From Trichosphaerium sp. ATCC 40318 (lineage: Eukaryota > Protista > Tubulinea), in assembly GCA_038496445.1 (NCBI GenBank), contig JALMLS010000414.1:1-64000 (forward strand): a stretch of DNA of 64,000 nt. The letters are read 5' to 3'. Numbering within the stretch: position 1 is the stretch's first letter; each line of letters starts with the position of its first letter. Made by a program: the position numbers and the translations under genes. Positions 37,558-49,093 of the stretch are shown here, in pieces. Under the pieces are notes generated by a model. It searched no databases and was not told the DNA's origin. It saw only the letters and a program-made list of their open reading frames with translations.

Positions 37558-38421
37558 ATGAGTCTAAATAAACAACTGCGAGAAGAAAAACAGTCGACAA
37601 TCGATAAAAAATATCAAACACCACAAGCTCTTCTTGTTACCGACATTTTAGGCGAGATAATCAAATATCTGCTATATACAGACGTAAAGAGCGTTGTAAA
37701 GCTCAAATCAACGAACAAGCACTTTCGCAACATCATTTCTGGTATGGCACGTGGTAAAACACGCCTTTTAAAGGATGTCTCTGTACTTGAAGTAATTCAT
37801 GATGAAGATACGGAAGAAATTAAAGAAAGGTTAATTACGCACGTGTTACAAGAAGATGTTTTATTTTTTTCTGTTTTAAATGATGAAGGACCGAAAGAGT
37901 CATTGTGGGACTTGGCTGTATCTCACGTTATCCGTTGGGCAAAATACGAACATTACGAAACTGCATTAGAAGACAACCTTAGCGACATTGACTATTCTTT
38001 GCCTGAACCAAACCACGAGTTTGAATTCGTAGATTCTCGCCCCAAAACATGTGATGTTTGTAGAAAGCCCACAAAGAATTGTGTGTGCGTGTACAAACCG
38101 GACCTCAGAGTATACTGTCCTAAATGTTACTATTTGCGATGTCCGCTGGTAGCTCTGCCTATTTGTGGGGGAGGTTCTGGGTACTACTATAGTGCAGCTA
38201 ACTTGTTTCGAATTGATGATGTACGTGATCATTATGAAGAAAATGAAGAATGTTTAAGTTGTATTGGAGAGTGTTTTAATGATACTATGAAAGCTCTAAG
38301 CAAATACCCAGAATTGGCATCTAAATGGATATCTGCTGGCATTGAAATATATGTTTTATTTGGTATAATGTACTACGGAGAGAACGATGATTTAGCAGTT
38401 ATCTTTGTTCCAAAACAATGA
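37558..38421 (+). CDS. Intronless protein with divergent F-box-like N-terminus and Cys-rich (putative zinc-binding) region
   Basis: LVTDILGEIIKYLLYTDVKSVVKLKSTNKHFRNII; CDVC...CVC...CPKC; 287-aa open frame. Confidence 0.6.
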   Translation: MSLNKQLREEKQSTIDKKYQTPQALLVTDILGEIIKYLLYTDVKSVVKLKSTNKHFRNIISGMARGKTRLLKDVSVLEVIHDEDTEEIKERLITHVLQEDVLFFSVLNDEGPKESLWDLAVSHVIRWAKYEHYETALEDNLSDIDYSLPEPNHEFEFVDSRPKTCDVCRKPTKNCVCVYKPDLRVYCPKCYYLRCPLVALPICGGGSGYYYSAANLFRIDDVRDHYEENEECLSCIGECFNDTMKALSKYPELASKWISAGIEIYVLFGIMYYGENDDLAVIFVPKQ

Positions 38422-38471
38422 CACTCTTACTAGACAACATAGAAACTAATTTAATTTTGATTTGTATACTC

Positions 38472-38900
38472 TTATGATCTTACTTTGCTCTCGAGACTTG
38501 CAATTCGGGCAAGTAGTTCAGCAATTAGATTGCATTGGTTGGCATTTTCTTGTTCCAGTTTGGCCTTGTCTTCCTCTAGTTTGGCATTGTGGTCCTCCAG
38601 TTTAGTGACCTCTTCTTTTAGTAATCTTTCATGCTGATCTTGTATACATGGCTCATCAGGTTGATCCAGCTTTGCAGCTGCCCATAATTTTCTTCAGTAA
38701 ATGAATAAGCTATTGTTTGTTGTGTAGTCTTACCGTTAGTGATAATGAGTCTACATCAGACAACTCACTATCATCTTCCGAATGCGAAATCTCTTTGTGT
38801 TCTATTTTATCACCTCCAATCTTTTTGTTGATCTCGACCTTCTTTGGTTTGTTTGATTTCTTCTTTGCTCCTTCCCTTTTTTTCTGAGGCACTCGTTTCT
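38472..38900 (-). other. Putative small spliced gene or fragment: Lys-rich/acidic exon plus coiled-coil exon
   Basis: KKREGAKKKSNKPKK...EDDSELSD| then LLKEEVTKLEDHNAKLEEDKAKLEQENANQCNLIAELLARIASLE; start not resolved. Confidence 0.4.
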
Positions 38901-39476
38901 TTGACTTCTTTACAACTGTAATTATGTAACGTGCGACAGCTTGAACATCTAACTTAACAGTAAAAAAAATTCACTGTTACAAGTCATCACATGAGACTAT
39001 ATTACCTTGAGCCACAACCAACTCATCCCATTTGAGTTTACAGCTTCTCCCTTTTTGTTTACCACTGCATAATGACTTGGCACCCAGGTTTAATAGGCTT
39101 ACCCTGAAAGTTGATAGCATCACTAGGTTTTTCTATTACTTAGTGCTATTGTAAATAAACAAACAAGCATATGTCACAGGATACACATTGCCAGGTGTAA
39201 CTAAACTCAAAATGAGTGTTTTTTCACCTTGAAATCTATCTTACGAGCAAGCATATGTTAGGCTACTCTGTGATACATATTATAAAAGAATAACATGATG
39301 TAAATTTATATCAGGCGATTTGTAACTCAGTCCCTTTTTGATATCTGTCAAACAACAAAGAAAAAAAGCTGAATGAAACAATAAGTAATTTGTTTATTCT
39401 TTAATTGTATTGATGAATACATCAACACATAAGACATTAACTATGTACTGCCTATTGTATTTAGGTAATCTGAAAT

Positions 39477-41325
39477 CTAATCAGTGCTACCGCTGAAAAC
39501 CTAAACATAAAATCACCACACAAACCAACGAACAAGTCATCAAACAAAAAAAAAAAAAAAAGAAGCAAAAACAAAAAAAAGAGTTGTTTCATCGTCTCAC
39601 AACTTACCTTTGCTTTAGATTCCATTCTAATACGTTGCAATCCAGTAACAACCTTATCAAGCTCAGTAAGAGAGTTAGCATTTTGCTTTTTGTAATCCCT
39701 AACAAATGGATGCTCCATTACAGAAACAGCTGTAGGTCTCTTTTCTGGATCGACACGTAATAGCTGAGCAATCAGATCTTTAGCGACATCAGAAACCTGG
39801 ATTTAAAACAAGTAAGCAACAACACGTAGATGGCAAAACACAAGTAAGCAACAACACGTAGACGGCAAAAACACAAGTGAACTTTTCAAAGAAAACTACA
39901 TTGTATGACCGAAGAGTTGATTTATAACAACAAAACAAGGTTGGTGACAACACGTACATCATCAAATTGAGGTGACTTGAAAACAAGTTCTCCCTTCATG
40001 ATAAGACGGAATAAGTCTCCGTCATTGTCAGCATGGAAAGGAAGCCTTCCGCTCAACCTAAAAGCAAGAAATGAGAAAACACAAACAACCCACTGCTTTT
40101 TTGCGCTTAAAACGCCTGTTTCTATGCTCAAACACGTACAAAATGTACATAAGTACACCAGAAGCCCACATATCAATACCAGGTCCATATCCAGCTCCTT
40201 TAAGGATATCTGGAGCAACGTAAAATGGAGTACCGCAAGCAGTGTACATTTCTTGTTTGAGAGCAACTATCTTACTCAAACCGAAATCTGCAAGCTTAAT
40301 TCTCAAGTCTGAGTGATCTTCAGAAACGAGCAATAAGTTCTCAAGCTAGAACAACAGTCAGAAACACCAAGAACAAGAAAAAAAATCGCGATAAGAGATC
40401 AAAATCAAAATAAACACTACGGATCTGTACGCCTACCTTGAGGTCTCTGTGTACTACACCAATCTCATGAAGGTATCCCAAAGCAGAAAAGAGTTGATTC
40501 ATAACGTAAGCAGTATCCCTAAGGAAGCTATCAGCGAGAAATTCAAAAAACAAAAAAAAAGAAAACTCAAAAAATAAACTAAGCCGAAACGCAACGTACT
40601 GCTCACTAAACATCTTTCTGCGCACAATCTCATCATATAATTCGCCTCCTTTCATTCTACAAAAAAGTTACAAAAAAAAACGTTTAATGTCGCTTCTCGC
40701 TATCAAAAAAACCCGTACAACTCCATGACGATACATAAAAACTCCTTTGTATCGAAAATAGCTTCAAGTGTAACGACATGCTCGTGCTGGATTTTAGCGA
40801 GGATCTTAATTTCATTCTCAAGCATTTGAGGCGTTTCTTTAACCTTTTTCTTGTCAATAAACTTGATTGCTACACGGTCTTTGGATTTTCTGTTTACGCC
40901 GACTTTGACGGTAGCAAAGTAGCCCCTAAAGTGAGGATGAGCGAATTAAAAGGTTAAAAAGGCGAATGAGTTTAAAAAATAAAATTTGCTCCAAATGCGC
41001 TGGTGACATTGAATGAAGGTTTATGTGGTTCTAATACTTAATTGATGGTACTTACTTGCCAAGGACCTCTTTAGTGATCTTGTAATAGTCCTTTATGTTA
41101 GACTTCGGGTTAGGCATCTGACGCGCTTTTACTTCATCAGGGATAGCGACCTTTACCTTTTTTTTGCTCTAAAGATGAGTTAGTGGTGATCTTTGCGATC
41201 GCTAGCCAGTAGTATCCCTTGGATATTTAAAATACTATCATAGGCTTTGTTTTAGGTAGTGCAGAATTCTAAACGCTGCAAAAAGGAAATAGAATGAATC
41301 TCTGAGCGGACTAGGTGCTTACCAT
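39477..41325 (-). CDS. CAMK-group (CaMKI/MLCK-A-like) Ser/Thr kinase, multi-exon
   Basis: LGK|GYFATVK, VAIK, MKGGELYDEI, HRDLK, KLADFGLSK, TACGTPFYVAP, DMWASGV, LSGRLPF, DPEKRPTA, HPF. Confidence 0.93.
39806..39879. repeat. Intronic tandem repeat, about 32-bp unit, 2 and a bit copies
   Basis: aaaacaagtaagcaacaacacgtagatggc / aaaacacaagtaagcaacaacacgtagacggc / aaaaacacaagt. Confidence 0.8.
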
Positions 41326-43044
41326 GTTAAATTGTGGTTGTAGTTTGGTGTTTAGCACTAAAATACAAGTCCTTATTAAGGTAGGCTTGCAACTTTTTTG
41401 CGCGTTCTATATTTACGTTCTTTCAAAGCTGTAGCTTCTCCAGATGCCATTGTAGTAACTAACGGATAGTTTCATTTGTTTCTGAAAACCAGAAAAAACT
41501 GCAATTGGCGTCAATGATGACATTTATGTTCCATGTACCTGGTGTAGTGCGTGTCCTATTTTTTAGCTCGTTTTAAACTGATAGTAGTAAACTACAAGTT
41601 ACTTGAAAAAAACTACTAAACCCTGAACTTTGTTAGCCCAAAATCATGTTTTTTGTAGTTTACGCTTACAATGAAACTCTTAAAGTTTTTCCTTTTTGAC
41701 AAAAAACGTGAACGCATGAATTGCAAACTACATTTTTCGTTCAACGTTATCGCACGTGTTTTACAAAAAATTCATCATGTGTTCGCCTGACACTCTGTAC
41801 TACTATTAATGACGTGGGCACTTGCACAAATGATTAGAAAACTAGACACTAGTACCCATTTTTGGGTTTTGTACCAATGTTCGTTCAATAAAAGTGTCTG
41901 CCAACTAGTTATCAGACTTATAGGATATGGTACAATGTTGCACAAGTAGCTATCATACCTGAGAAAGAGTAACTCAGATTCGCTTGAAACAGCAAACTAA
42001 CGTTCGCAGAAGTACTGCACACATCCGTAAAATTTTTGGTGTCAACTAGAGGAAGTATCCACAGTCCTAGTGTTAGTTAAACTTGTCAGACTTTAAGAGA
42101 ACACTAAACTTCTCAGCTTGTATGCTCTTCTAAATTACCAGAACTGAGAACATCTCTAGTATGAAGATAGCTTGCAATTGCATCTCACATCAAATAATGC
42201 AGTACCTCCTTAGGTTCTTTGTCAATAGTACAACGCATGACAAAATGCGTCATAATCTCTCTAAACATTCTATTCTTTTCTTTCCTAATACAGTCATGAA
42301 TTGTTCGGGTACTTCTCTATCTCGATTCGGAGACAACACCAAATAACGCCTCAGTGTTGGATCAACGTCAGTGACTGAGAAGCGCGCAGACATTTGACCG
42401 GTGTTGAATTTTGGCTTGTTGTATTTTTTTGCGTTCATTTATTATAGCCTGATAGCGAACTGACACCTTCGTCCACCTGTCTTGCTGATGGCCATGCGTA
42501 AGCAATTACTTTGGCATTATATGCACTAAAATTGAATAAAACAGCAACAGTATCAATTCTGTCTGTTAAAAAGTCTAAAATAACCTTCGTTGATACTAAT
42601 ACTCCTTGTTTTTAGAAACAAACTTCGAGGATCTTCAAGATTTACAAATTACAGATAACTCCTGGGTAGAGCCGGGCTTCGCTGAGCCAAACGCTGTACC
42701 GCAAGGTTTTCAATACCGACCACACAACCCACACGTACGCGTTTATTCCTTCAACAAATTCTCCCCGCTTGCAGATAGAATTACGCTATATAATTAAACC
42801 ATACAAATTACGCTTCACCAAACGGCAATACCGCACTCAACTTTTGTAAAACAAAAACAGAATCGTTGTGCGGTATCGCACAAAATGTCAAAGAAGAAGC
42901 ACAAACCCTTCAACTTTTTTCTTTTAGTTTTGGTAAACGCACAACCTCTTCAAAAAAAAAAAAAATTAAAACTTTAAATTAATCGCTTCTGGAATGTTTA
43001 ATCGGCCTTTATTTTTAATAATTATTAACGTCATTATGTAGGGA

Positions 43045-46041
43045 ATGACTACATTCAGTCAACAAGATATGCACGGGCTTGGTATGAATCCTATGCGTAC
43101 GTTTTTTTTAATCTTTTTTTTTCTCGTTATCTTGAAAGAAGAACGACCTAAAACCTCCCATTTTGCTTAGAGGGCGTTAGTTTCTTTTTTATAAACTGAT
43201 TTTCTGCAAAAAATAAAATCACCAACATTCGAGCTTATCAATAAGTTTTTTTTTTCCCACTTGAACTGCTATTCTTGTTCAAAAATCAATGAAACAATTT
43301 CTTGTCATTTTTTTTTTTTCTTTCGTCTACGCGCCCACACTAAAAAACTTAACAGACCAAACGATGGATCCACAACAATATATGCTTCAAAAACAATTAG
43401 CTGCACAACGAGGTGGCTCTCCAATGCAAATGGGTCACCAACGCAATTACCCTACATTTATGGACATGTCAGGCGGTATGGGTGCTATGAATGCCATGCA
43501 AGCAGGTATGGGGGGTATGAATGGCGTGGGACTTGTTAAGCTTGAGGGATTACAAGGAGAGGGCGGATTTCCAGATATGCATCAACAGCAACAACCACAG
43601 CATGCTCAGAGCGATTTTGAGGCCCAACATCCAACGCAAACAGATAATTTACTTGTAAAGACATTAGCATCAGTACAAAAGGGTAGAATGAGCCTAAACG
43701 CACATCAACCTAGTCATAGTGGAAGAAAGTATGAAATCAGGATTCTGAACATTCCTGCTTTGGTTCAAAAGATAAAGGCTAAATTTTCCGGTTTCTTCGA
43801 AGTACAAGTACTTGGAGCACAGGTACAGACTCTCGTCTGACTTAATTTTGTCTTTTTTTATTATTTTGTTTACACGCTTTTAACGTACTTTCTAGGTTAC
43901 TGATATCGCTCATGTTGTTGCTACAGCTATGAGGAAGGAGCGTAATAAAGAATTTCCATTGTTGGGCGCACGAGGGGAGCCTGAGACCAAAAAGAGTGTT
44001 GCTACGTATACTTTCAGTAACATGAAGTTTCCTGAGCCTACAAATAATTCCTTGGTATACTTGCGCTTTGTAGTTAAGTTTAAAGATGGTTCAGGTACGT
44101 TAACAGAATGTTTTTGATGAATGAACAGAAAACTCAAGACTTTTTGTTGTTTGCGTCGTGACGTACTCATATTACATTAGAGGAATGCTCAGAGTGTGTA
44201 CCTCTTGTTCCTGTATCTCATTTCAGTCAATTGGCTCTAGCAGAAACTGAGCTCATGTTCCAACACAAGGTGCGTAGTCATGAACTTCTACTCGATAAAA
44301 AAAATGAAGAGTATGGTATCCGTGCTTAAAAGTTTTGTTGGCACAATAGATTATCTCTTAAAATTAAGGAGGCCTTAAGTCAATAATTTTTCTTTGAAAT
44401 GTTTTTATTTTTCTCATTTTCACGTGAAGTTGGTGAATTGGGTTTTACTTTATTTATTCTGTATTTAGGATGAGATTTCAATTAAAGATATTTGCTATTG
44501 TATTATGCAACATGAAAAACGTCCTTGGGGCCGACAAAGAAAAAGAAATAGGAGTCAAGATTTACAACGTCATATCTCTTTTAGTGAAGCTCGAGCTCTC
44601 CTTTCTAAAGCCAGTGAGTATATTTTTTTATACATCTACTCAGCTACTTTGCTTATAACAGTTTAATCTCACTTAATTTATAGTGCAATTGGGTGATAAT
44701 AGCGCTGTAATAAAGAGAGCATCGTTTTTAAGCTTTTGGAGAGGTTATACGCAACTCAGAGAAAAAATAAAGGAAGACATTCAATTAATTACTCTTTGGA
44801 ATGCAGGGTAATACTACTTGCGTCTTTGCAGTACTAACTTTTATCTGTTTAGAGATATTAGAATTTTATCTGCAAGCGATGCTTCACAAGTAATATCAGA
44901 GTACCCCGTAGGCCATTTTATTCTACGTTTGAGTACGTCTTACTTCGACGAAAAGCTAAGGACGGTACGATATTTTTTTATGCCTCGCTTCGCAATCAAA
45001 CAGTCTTTTGTGTTGTTTCTGTTCATTTTTGTGGCTAATAGCAACGTTTTAGGATAAAGGACTAGCACCATTCGCTGTTACATTAAAGAATTCCAGGTTC
45101 CAAGTTGCTCATATGTCAGAACCACTTGCAGGTGCGTGTATTTGAATGACAATAATGCGCTAATCTTTGTTGTTTAAGTCTTGGAAGCTTATGGTCTACA
45201 AAACGCTATTCTTCACAACAACCAATTATCTCACTTTGTTTTCCGCAACGGAGGTACGTTAATCGTATTACTGGCTTTTTTTTTGTCTACGTTTTCTATC
45301 TTGCCTTATTAACTGTTTATCAGCTACTGCGCGTAAGGAAGAAGTGTTTAGTTACAAACGTGGTGAGACTTGCTTCGAACACACGCATTACGTGCATCTT
45401 GGTCCAAATCAGCAACAACCTTCTACAGCATACCCTCAGCAACAGCAGCAGCAGCAACAAGCTGCAGGATTTGTCAAAAAGTAAGTGCGCGTAGCTTGTT
45501 TATTTACTAACTGCAAAACACTAGTAAGCGGCAGAGGACTTCTTCTATGGCTGAACAAGAACAAGAACGTAATGTTTTAGTTGTTTCTTTACAAAGAGAA
45601 TTCCAACACGGAGTGCAAATGATTGGTAATGTAATAATTGGAGAGAACGATACCGTCCAATCTCTACTTCAACACAAAATTCCAGAGGCACGTAGACACT
45701 GCTCTTTTAAAACGTTATTCACTGAAAACCTCACAACTTCTTGTGTGGCTAAAATACTTCTTCTACCCTTGTAATACTTCTAACATCCTCTCTAGACTTT
45801 AGGCGCACGTCTTGGAGAAGGATTCAAGTTTGGCGTGAAGTACTATGTACACAAGAGTGAACGCCCTATTCCTTTTAATATGGATCATCTCAACCTCAAG
45901 GTTATTCGATTCCTGTTCTACAAGTGCTTCGTGATTGAGAAAATTGATGAAACCAATATCACCATGTATAGCATGTATGGACGAGTAATGCCTGATGAGC
46001 GATCTGCTCAATTGGTAGAGAATGATAAGCCTTTGTGGTGA
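43045..46041 (+). CDS. STAT-like transcription factor (Q/M/G-rich N-terminus, STAT-type DNA-binding domain, linker, SH2) with extra C-terminal domain
   Basis: YTFSNMKFPEPTNNSLVYLRFVVKF (DBD-like); VSHFSQLALAE; FLSFW...ITLWNAG linker; SH2 YPVGHFILRLSTS; post-SH2 Tyr in HTHYVHL; poly-Q. An upstream exon is possible. Confidence 0.75.
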
Positions 46042-47165
46042 AAAAGCTGACTTCGAACCGAGTTTTTTCACAGAAGAAGACTGAAAACGAAAAAAAAGCA
46101 TCTTGTTGGAGCGGTTTGTGTTATTTGGATATCAGCTACTGATTTATTTCATTGGTATCCATTTATATCAAATACCCTCTTTCAGGGTATGTTTCTTTTT
46201 TATTTGAACCCCACATTGTACAGTTGTAGTTTTCAAGGATGTTATCTTTTCTAACTTCAAAGTCAAGTTAACCCTTTGGAAAATAAAAAAAATTTCTTTT
46301 CAAAGGAGACGTTGTCTATGTCTTTGCATGTACATCCTACAATTCGCCCACAATATATTTGTCTTGTTTCGCCCTGTTCCACACTGTTTCAACATCTGGT
46401 CTATCGGCAACACTTACATTCAAGTTGTTCTAACCACCATGATTTCTACTATCAACCCACGTCTTCGGGTACCATTCAATGTCTTCTCCTTGTAGTTTAC
46501 CATCTACACATAACCCTTTATATTTCCATTTTTATGTCAGGTAGAACACAGACCACTTTTAAGCCTCAACCATATAAAAATGTAAAAAACGATTTTGGTA
46601 AGGGTTATAATTGGATTCTTTATTCCAAAGCACTTATCACTTTAAAGTTTTGAGCCCATACAATAAACACACTTGTAAAATAACTCTCCATTTGACTTCC
46701 ACTGGTTAAATTCTCCTTCAATTCTACCATTGACCCAAGTACAAACCTCTTTTAACTGTCCATTGTCATGCCATTTCTCACATGTACCATCCCTCAAACC
46801 ATTAACATAATGACTGTACTCTTGTAATTGACCATTGTTGTACCATTTCTTGTACTCTCCTTGCATCTTATCATCAACATGGAAACATTTGACTTTGATT
46901 TGTCCATCTGCATACCATTCCTTGTACTCTCCTTCATGTTTTCCTTTTTGGTAATATTGATGTACCTTCAATTTCTCTCTACTCCACCACACCTTGTATT
47001 CTCCATCGTATTTTCCGTTACTGTAACAAATCTGTCTATGTACTTGTCCATCACCTTGCCATGATACAAACTTGCCATTTAGAAATCCATTACAATAGGT
47101 ACCTTTTTCTGCTAACAAACCACCAACACGAAACACTTTGAATTCTCCTTCTTTTTTACCATTAA

Positions 47166-48369
47166 CTCCCTCATCCTAACAAAAAAAATCTTCACCCTAA
47201 CACTTTTTCACTAAACGCTATTTCGTAGCTTTAAAACGTACAGAAACGCTGTGTAGTCATTGTTGTAAGTAATAAAATTAGCATTTAAGTTTCTTGTACT
47301 GAAATATGAACAAAGTGTATACAAAGTACCTTTAAATGACGTTTATTGCGCGTGAAATGCTGAAAACGTTAGTTTGTGGTGTAAAGAATGAAGAAAAAGC
47401 GAGTTTCCAAAATTAACAATTACACAAGCTTTGCCAAGCGTTTAAATTACTGAAGTGTCACCCAATGCTATTTGTCATGTATAGAGATTAGTTTTAAGCT
47501 TGTCAAGCCTTGTGTAATTGATAAATTCCAATATTCTGTACTAATGGACACAAGAGATTTTTCGATATAAATACCTCAAGAGCTAATCAACCATCCCACA
47601 CTTTTCATGGTGATAGTCAATATGTGTGGTATTGCACAGTGTAATTTATAGCAATAGTGATGACAAATGCGACTTGTATCTTTCAAAAATAAAAAAAATC
47701 AGGTCATATTACTTAGTGAATACAAGTCTTTGCTTCACTTGTAATTTGTTATCTTCAACTATGGCTACAGAAACCATATCTGTTGAGTAAAAAAATGATG
47801 TTGTGGGTAATTATCACTGAATTGAACAGCTTAATCATGAATATCTGAAAACAACTTTTTTTTGGTTTTTTTGTGTTGTCATACACTATACTGACTTTCA
47901 AAAAGTCTTACCACCCTAAAACTCTACAAAATGCTTGACATATATATTTAAGTGTTAGTACACATAAAAGCTGAAGTGTCATTAACTTGCATTGCACAAA
48001 ATATGACATGTAATATGTGCAACCAAAAAAGTGTTCAAGTAAGTAATGCTGGTTTTCTTCACCAATACCATGCTTTTACCATTTGTGAAAGTAATACAAA
48101 CCATATTACAAGATTATGATAAAAGTATAAACCCCATTATTTATCAAGGTACATGTTAAGTGGGGTTTTTTTTATTGCTTTTTTCCATTTTTAAAACAGC
48201 ACTTTTGCAGGTGTGTTTAACTAATTTTTTTTAATTGAAGCACTTGAGCCTTTATACTATTTTGGCATTTGAGAAAACTGTTTAATTATTATGTAGGTAC
48301 ACTTCTTACAGTTGACATCCAAACTTAATTAGGGTGAAGATTTTTTTTGTTAGGGTTAAGGTGTAGGAG
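47166..48369. mobile_element. Non-autonomous TIR element (1204 bp), ATTAA (or TTAA) target-site duplication
   Basis: Ends CTCC...GGAG; shared TIR core cctaacaaaaaaaatcttcaccctaa; flanks ATTAA at 47161-65 and 48370-74; paralogue has a single ATTAA; no internal ORF. Confidence 0.88.
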
Positions 48370-49093
48370 ATTAACATACTTATAAAGTTCCCATGGTTTT
48401 CCATTATGATACCAACGCTGAAAATCTCCATGAACCACACCATTTGAGTAATTACAGTGAACTTTTATTTGGCCATGATAGTACCACTCTTTGTACTCTC
48501 CTTCTTTTATGTCGTTGCTATATGTACAGCATACCACCAACTGGCCATCCTTGTTCCACTCGTTGTACTCTCCTTCTTTCATATCATTAACGTAATAATA
48601 CTCCTCCAACTCTTGTCCATTTGTATGCCACATCTTGTATTGTCCATGACGTTTACCATGTATCCAAGTCTCTTCGACCTATAACAATCTGTTAGCCTCC
48701 ACAGTCTTAATGATTTGTTCAGATGTTGTGTTGGCAACAATTGAGACTGCGCCAATTACAAAACTTGATTTTGTGTCACTTGTTTTACCTGAAGAATTTT
48801 GGTTTGGGCTGTGTTTTCTGTTTCGAGCTTTTCATTCTTAATCGTTCTGAAACGCTTCCATTTGCCATGCTTTTTAAACTGATTATCGAATCTGGTTGTT
48901 AGTGCCGTGTATTTAGATAACAATGGCCATATTAAATAAATATCAGGATCTAAATCGATGATATCAAGTTGTAGTTCAAGTGGAACGTGTAGAAGAAATT
49001 CTATGCCCAATTGTTCGGGTGTTATCTATTATTTGTTAATTAAATATTATTTGTTAAACCAAAGACTTTATTTATTGTAGACACTGCACCATT

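Noticed and set aside
27685-38421. Bona fide endogenous giant-virus insertion
   Set aside because: No capsid, polymerase, packaging ATPase or other hallmark gene; intron-containing genes are interspersed
41900-42800. Possible gene between the CAMK and STAT-like genes (also 9550-10250 and 35463-36165)
   Set aside because: Only short interrupted frames with no recognisable motif; cannot be supported
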